From assembly GCF_000143415.4 (NCBI RefSeq), contig NW_003314268.1, positions 1,410,672 to 1,474,671 on the forward strand: DNA of 64,000 bases, read 5' to 3'. Below are positions 58,465 to 64,000 of this stretch, in pieces. The DNA comes from Selaginella moellendorffii. Its lineage: Eukaryota; Plantae; Lycopodiophyta. Numbering within the stretch: the stretch's first letter is position 1; the number at the start of each line of letters is the position of its first letter. The translations under genes were made by a program, and so were the position numbers. The notes beneath the pieces are model-generated. The model had not been told where the DNA came from. It did no database searches and saw only the letters and a list, made by a program, of their open reading frames with translations.

Positions 58465-60030
58465 CTATTCAGTCAACTGGAGAGTAGTGTAAGCACTTTC
58501 GTGGAGCCTGGGAGTGATCCGGGCTTTGAGAGTGTGTGCCATGAAGTTTACAATACCCATAGCTTCACCCATGGGCTGATCTTTCGGACTGCCAGGAAAC
58601 TCCCACTCGAATCCATGAAGAAGATTGGAAAGAACAAGCTGGACGTTCCTAAGACCCAGAGCAAGCCCTGGGCAAGACCGCTTTCCAGATCCGAATGGAA
58701 GTAGCTCAAAGTCATGGCCGTTGACACCGATGTTGCTGCCAATGAATCTCTGAGGTTGGAACTCCAGAGGATCACTCCAGACTTGAGGGTCTCTTCCAAT
58801 TGCGTAGACGTTCACAAGCAGCGTTGTGTTCTTGGGGATGTCATAGCCGGCAACTTTCTGGGCCTCAATGGATGCGTGTGGTACGAGCAAAGCAATGGGA
58901 GGGTGGAGACGAAAGCTTTCCTTGATGATGGCATTCAAAACCTCGAGCTTGGATATGTCTCCCTCTTCGACCATGCGTGTGTGTCCAACAACGCTCTCGA
59001 TCTCTTGCTGGGCTTTGACCATCCAATCTGGATGATGAAGAAGTTCCGCTAGAGCCCATTCGGTCACTGTGGATGATGTTTCAGATCCACCAAGCAATAG
59101 ATCCTATCAAGATCACAAAAGAATCAAGCAAGTTCCACGGACGGAGAAAACCAAACTTACCATGAGCAGAGCTCTGAGATTGACCACATCGTTTCCAATG
59201 TGATTCCTTGTGATCTCCACGAAATCGGGAACCTCGCCTGGGCGTTGCTCGTCCAAAACCTTTAGCAAGAAGCCATTCATCTTATCCCCGGCCATCTTTG
59301 CACGGCGGGGGACCAAGTCGAGCCAGCTCAAGTAGGGGAAATAGTCAGTGATCGAGAATGCTGCTACCACCTCGAGGATCTCATCAATCATCGCTATGAA
59401 ATTCGAGGCCTCCTTCGCAATAGCGGGATCGCCCGAGGCCTTGGATCCAAAGTACGTCTTCTTCATCAGAATGCGAGTCATGACGTTGAAGCTGAGCGCC
59501 CTCAAATGTGATCTCACTCCCACAACTTGGCCAGCCTTGGAAGCTCTCAAGAACTCGCGACTGAGCTCCCACAGCTCGTCCCGGATGATGTGCGTGTTCA
59601 TGCTCACCCTCTTAGCCGTGAAGAGCTCCGTGGCGCAGAGCTTCCTCAGCTTCTTCCAGTAGTCTCCATATGGCGCGAAAGATATGCCCTTGCAATTCAC
59701 GACAATGGAGGCCACATTGTTTCGAGGCCTATACGCGAATTCCGTGTCGTGGTTCTTGAGAAACTCCTTGGCCATTGCTGGACTGGCGACCACGAACACA
59801 GGGACGGATCCCAGGCGTAAGTGGAAGAGCGGGCCAAATTTTTTGGAGAGCTGCTGGAGTGAGATGTGTGGGAGCCTGCCCAGGAGATGGAAGTGGCCGA
59901 TGAGGGGCAATCCTCTTGGGCCTGGCGGAAGATTGAAAGATTTGCTGGAGAGCCATTGCTTGAGAATGAAAGCTGTGATGAGGAAGAGCGCGACTGCCCA
60001 AAGCATTGCTACTTTCTGCCCCTCGATCAT
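58465..60030 (-). CDS. Cytochrome P450, CYP71 clan, 2 exons, copy B
   Basis: Same motifs as copy A; intact ORFs 59113-60030 and 58465-59097. Confidence 0.93.
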
Positions 60031-60099
60031 TGAAGCCCCTCTTTTTGTATTCTTCGTTAACTTCCTTTCCGATGGTGAACGACAATGTATCGTATTTAA

Positions 60100-62130
60100 A
60101 AAATCAGAAGCTTTGACTCTTTAAACCATATCCCAGATTTTCAGCCTTGAGACTTGTAAATTGCGCGTCGCCGCTAGATCAGATGAGCCACGAACACACC
60201 TTGAAGAAGGTGCAGGAGCTCAAAGCCAAATAGTCAGCAAACCCTTTGAGGAATTTCCAGCCTTTGTCCCCACTGCTGTGAAGAGATATGTGGAAGCTGC
60301 GATGGACAAGGATGACTCTTGGACAGTCCAATATAATGTCATAGCTATATATACATGATCGAGAGACACTGCCTCTAGCCTACACCTGGATCAATGAAGT
60401 GGCACTACTGCCATGTCATAGAGAGCCAACAGCCTTTCTCTTTCGCTTGCTTCCAGCGTCGCCTTCGTCCTCCGGAATCACCAGTGGCGAGAAGTCTTCG
60501 AGCTCGGCAGTCTTTTGCATGGCGAGCGCGACGACGCATTGTGGAAATGCCGAAGCTCTGGTCGCAAGGGCCATCTTCAACCTGGGAAAGAACTCACGGA
60601 AGAAATGCGAGTACCTTGTAAAGCATTGTGAGCTTTGGGAACTGGGATTTATGTGCACGCTCACGTGAAAGTTGGGGATTCCTACAGGAGGACCTTTGCT
60701 GGCTGATGGACCTTGACAACCGTGAGCTCGTGCGTTGCAAATAGTCTAGTCACATCCACTCAGAGATTGCCCAAGCCAGACCTGCCATTGCTTACAGAGC
60801 GTTAGAGAGAACCAGAAAGTCTTGCAGTTAGCAAACTCGAACCAAATCCATCGTAAGTTGAGGTACCCCGGCCGAGTTCGTCAATAATTATTAGATTTTA
60901 ATATCACCGAGGTTTCGAGCATCTCTGCCATAAACGTTGAAACACCACGCAGCTGCAGGAAAAGTTTTTATTCCTAGAACTTGAAGACGTAGTCGAGTTA
61001 CCTGGCAGTCTCCTGCTCCAACCCGGGCAAAGATACAACTTCGTGTGCTGAATTCAGCACGATCGCAGGGCAGTAAGCAGCCGACTTGAGCCATCAAGAT
61101 ATTCACACCAATCTAAATAAAATAAACTTGTATCAGAGTAAGAAGCAATAAACACTAAGCTTCACCTGACGCATATATGTTGATTTGCCTCCCATGTTTG
61201 GGCCAATGATGATTTGAAACCAGCTCTTGCCTCGAATCTGCATTGTAAAAGAACATAGACATCGAAGAGGTCTAAGAACAAATACCAGGCGACAATCATT
61301 TGGGATGAAGTTCACCTCATCTTGAGCTTCTAAGCAGGGATGCCTGCTTCCCTCCAAGATAATATCATCCTCATTCTAGTAAAATGAATGAAACTTCTTA
61401 GTATAGGTTTTTAGCAAGCTTGCAGCAAGTACCTGTCCAGTGATAATAGGCCTTACAGGACTGCCTACAGCCAGATCCACAAAGCTTAACAAGACATCCA
61501 GTTCCGCCAGTAGGTTTGCCACACCATTAAAAATCTGCAGTAAGTCAAAACGTATAAAATCAACAACGCAGAAGAATCGACGAGCATACCTCAACATATA
61601 GCTCTGTGAAACCTGAAGCAGCCTCTTAGCAAGATCCCTTTGAGTATTGGTGTAATTTTCTGTCAGGTTCCCATACCTTTCGCTAAGCCTTCGAAGCTTG
61701 GAAGTCGTTGAACTTTATGCCATCCTTTCGAGTTTCCAAGGTGATGTATTGCACTGCAAGTTCCATGTGACCTTTAGGCTCCTCCTTCGTGATCCTGAAT
61801 ACGTGCCCGTCGTTTTGTCCAGCTTCAATGACTTATTAGCAGAAAGATCCAAATCGTTCACAGATCTCTTCCTCCACGGCATTACGGTCAGCTTTGATGA
61901 TTTTTAAGCTGCTGTCATATGGTGCCGAAATGATGTACTTGCCATTCTTGATTTGATCCAGGTCGATCGCTTTAAATCAGTGCGTCATATCTTTCGAGAT
62001 GTTCAGCAAGCGTCCACTCTCTCCTGAACGACATACCAATCCTCAATGGCGGATGTGCCTTCAATAACGTTCAAGAGCATCTTTGATGATGGAGAGACAA
62101 TCACTTACCTGTATACCAATGATCAGAGCA
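60100..62130 (-). pseudogene. MSH2: MSH2 mismatch-repair pseudogene (3' half only)
   Basis: [46 protein letters not shown]...[27 protein letters not shown]. Many frameshifts and deletions; no recognisable N-terminal half upstream. Confidence 0.88.
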
Positions 62131-64000
62131 CTTACAGTAAGCAAGGTGTTCAGAAACTATGAACCTGATAAATCAATTTAGAATTGTTTCTTTGTCAAAT
62201 TCTAATTAAGCTTGGACACCCTGAGGCCCGGACCCAGTCAATGCATGCTCGTCACGTTCACCATACATTCACTGCCCTGACCACGACCAAAATGAGGAGA
62301 TAAACTGGATTACTGGATCAGCCAACTACGAGCAGGCACGGATGTTGTGTCATTGTCTCATGCTCAACAAGAAACTCCTACACCTCATCCAATGCCCCTA
62401 GGTTCAAAGCAATCGTCTTCGTGAAGATAAAGATGTAAACACAAGCTGAAATATGCCATTACCTCTTGACCAGATTTCTGGTTCTTCAGAAGGGAAGGAA
62501 ATTCTTATCATTACAAACCTCCCTTAGAGCTCTTTCTTTAACTGATTTCTAGAATAGCTTCTTTGCTTGTTTATTTGTTGCAACAAAAACAATGATATTC
62601 TCTCTTGACTTTAAAGTGAATTTTATTTTTAATAGTTGCCTTTTTCGCCCAAAAATTACAAACAAATTTCAATTACACTAGATTGAAAGTAAATTGTTTT
62701 GAAATTCCACTTTATTAAAGTCCATGTATTTGAACACTTCATAGTGACATTGGACCAGTTTTTTCTTGGTCAAAGTACAAGTGATTTGCATGGCTCAATC
62801 TTTCTTCCTCTTTTTCGCTTGCTTGTAGAGTGAAGGCTGTAGGATCCAATCTTCATAAACAGGCTACTATTATCATGTAAGCATCATAGCCAGCCTTGAG
62901 CTTACTTGCAAGTTTGGATCTTCCAATCTCAACTTGGGCTACTTTTTCATGTTCGTGCTGCCTTTCCAAAGCATTTTTCATCACTACTGCACTATGGCAT
63001 GCATGGAGGGTTGTCATGAATGTGACTTCGGGTATCGAAAGATACTTGTTAGCCAGTCCTTACAGACACTTTTTTTTTATTGCCACGACAGCAGGAAGTC
63101 GGTATTGCTAGACTTATTATTAGTTCCCACTTGAGCTAGTTGAGAAACTGGTCAATGAGCATGCACTTAGATTGGATAAATATAAGGTAGGAACCCTATG
63201 TGTTTCTTGCTAAATATACTCGGCCTGATTTGAGAAACTTGTGTCATTGGCTTGCACTTGCTAATATCAAGAACCCCCGCAATATTGAGATTGATCCCTC
63301 AATATTTGCTAAATGATAGTTTACCGTGTCTGCCAAACACATTTCAATTTGGTCTCAAATGCTATTTATGGAAAGTGTCTAGATTTGGTCATTTAGCATG
63401 TCTATAGAATGTAGAGATTTGCCTAAACACAATGGTGTTCGTCCCATGTCCAAATTCACATTCTAGCACCATTCCATATTTAGTAAGTTTTGAGCTTGTT
63501 ATAAAGACTAACTCCTGATACTAAGGGAGGCTTGGGGTGAAAGCCCAAAGCGTGTGTTCTTCACGGGGGGGGGGGGGGGGCATGTGGGGGGTTCCAAATG
63601 TATAGTAAGGATAGTGAGTAGGTTGGGCATGGCCAACTAACCTAAGGCATAATTTAGCTCTTGCTTGTGTGCTTGTCCTTATTCTGCATCCGACTTGGGT
63701 CTAAACCCAAGTTCCATTCCATACTAGCAGTACCTATGTCCTGCGTTTAGGCCACTAATATGCCAAAATAGAGCCAAATAGACTCCATTTGGCTCTATTT
63801 AGCATGTTGGTCCTGGCAATAAGATGCTGGTTGCTCTAGGATTGTTCCAAGTTGCTTTGGGCTCTTGTCCTTTTGCTCCTTGGGTTGTATGCTTGAGAGT
63901 TGCTCTGTGGTTCAATTCCATCATTCTTTGGCCCTATGCTTGGGAGTTTGGCATCGTTCCTTCGTTCAGTGGCCCAAAGCCCTAAACCTCGGGTTCCACA

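Larger units (their letters stand above)
43450..60591. repeat. Segmental duplication: block A ~43450-50568 and block B ~53405-60591
   Basis: Colinear CRN-like/GDSL/MCM-BP/CYP/MSH2-end with ~9.95-10.0 kb offset; shared ends ACACTTTTGGAGAAA and CAACCTGGGAAAGA. Confidence 0.95.

Noticed and set aside
63905-63925. tRNA T-loop-like GGTTCAATTCC
   Set aside because: No cloverleaf stems or A-box upstream.

Overview
Compact eukaryotic (land-plant) genomic DNA. Short introns (about 50-90 nt), very short intergenic gaps, several PLS-class PPR genes including a DYW:WW type, and a non-seed-plant-type Aux/IAA point to a lycophyte such as Selaginella (inference). 1-11 kb: tandem array of a ~5.1-5.4 kb unit [truncated PPR - degenerate chromovirus (Ty3/gypsy) - orphan MOCS3/CNX5 3' exons - CYSTM gene], followed by the intact PPR gene. 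13-43 kb: single-copy genes - inositol transporter (with a GC-AG intron), divergent BTB/NPH3-like gene, Aux/IAA, reticulon, DYW-PPR, a secreted multi-CLE-motif peptide precursor, RING-vWA ligase, DDX41/RH35 helicase, PLS-PPR, and PSF1. 43.4-60.6 kb: a ~7.1 kb block duplicated ~10 kb apart [Crinkler/RHS-like NTPase pseudogene - GDSL - MCM-BP/ETG1 with E2F site - CYP71-clan P450 - MSH2 pseudogene end], with asymmetric deletion-driven decay. Strongest leads: the CLE precursor carrying one canonical and two atypical 13-residue CLE-like motifs plus a 13-aa repeat spacer, and the Crinkler-like pseudogenes. The CYSTM genes and the signal-peptide exon of the CLE gene are absent from the supplied ORF track and were read by hand.
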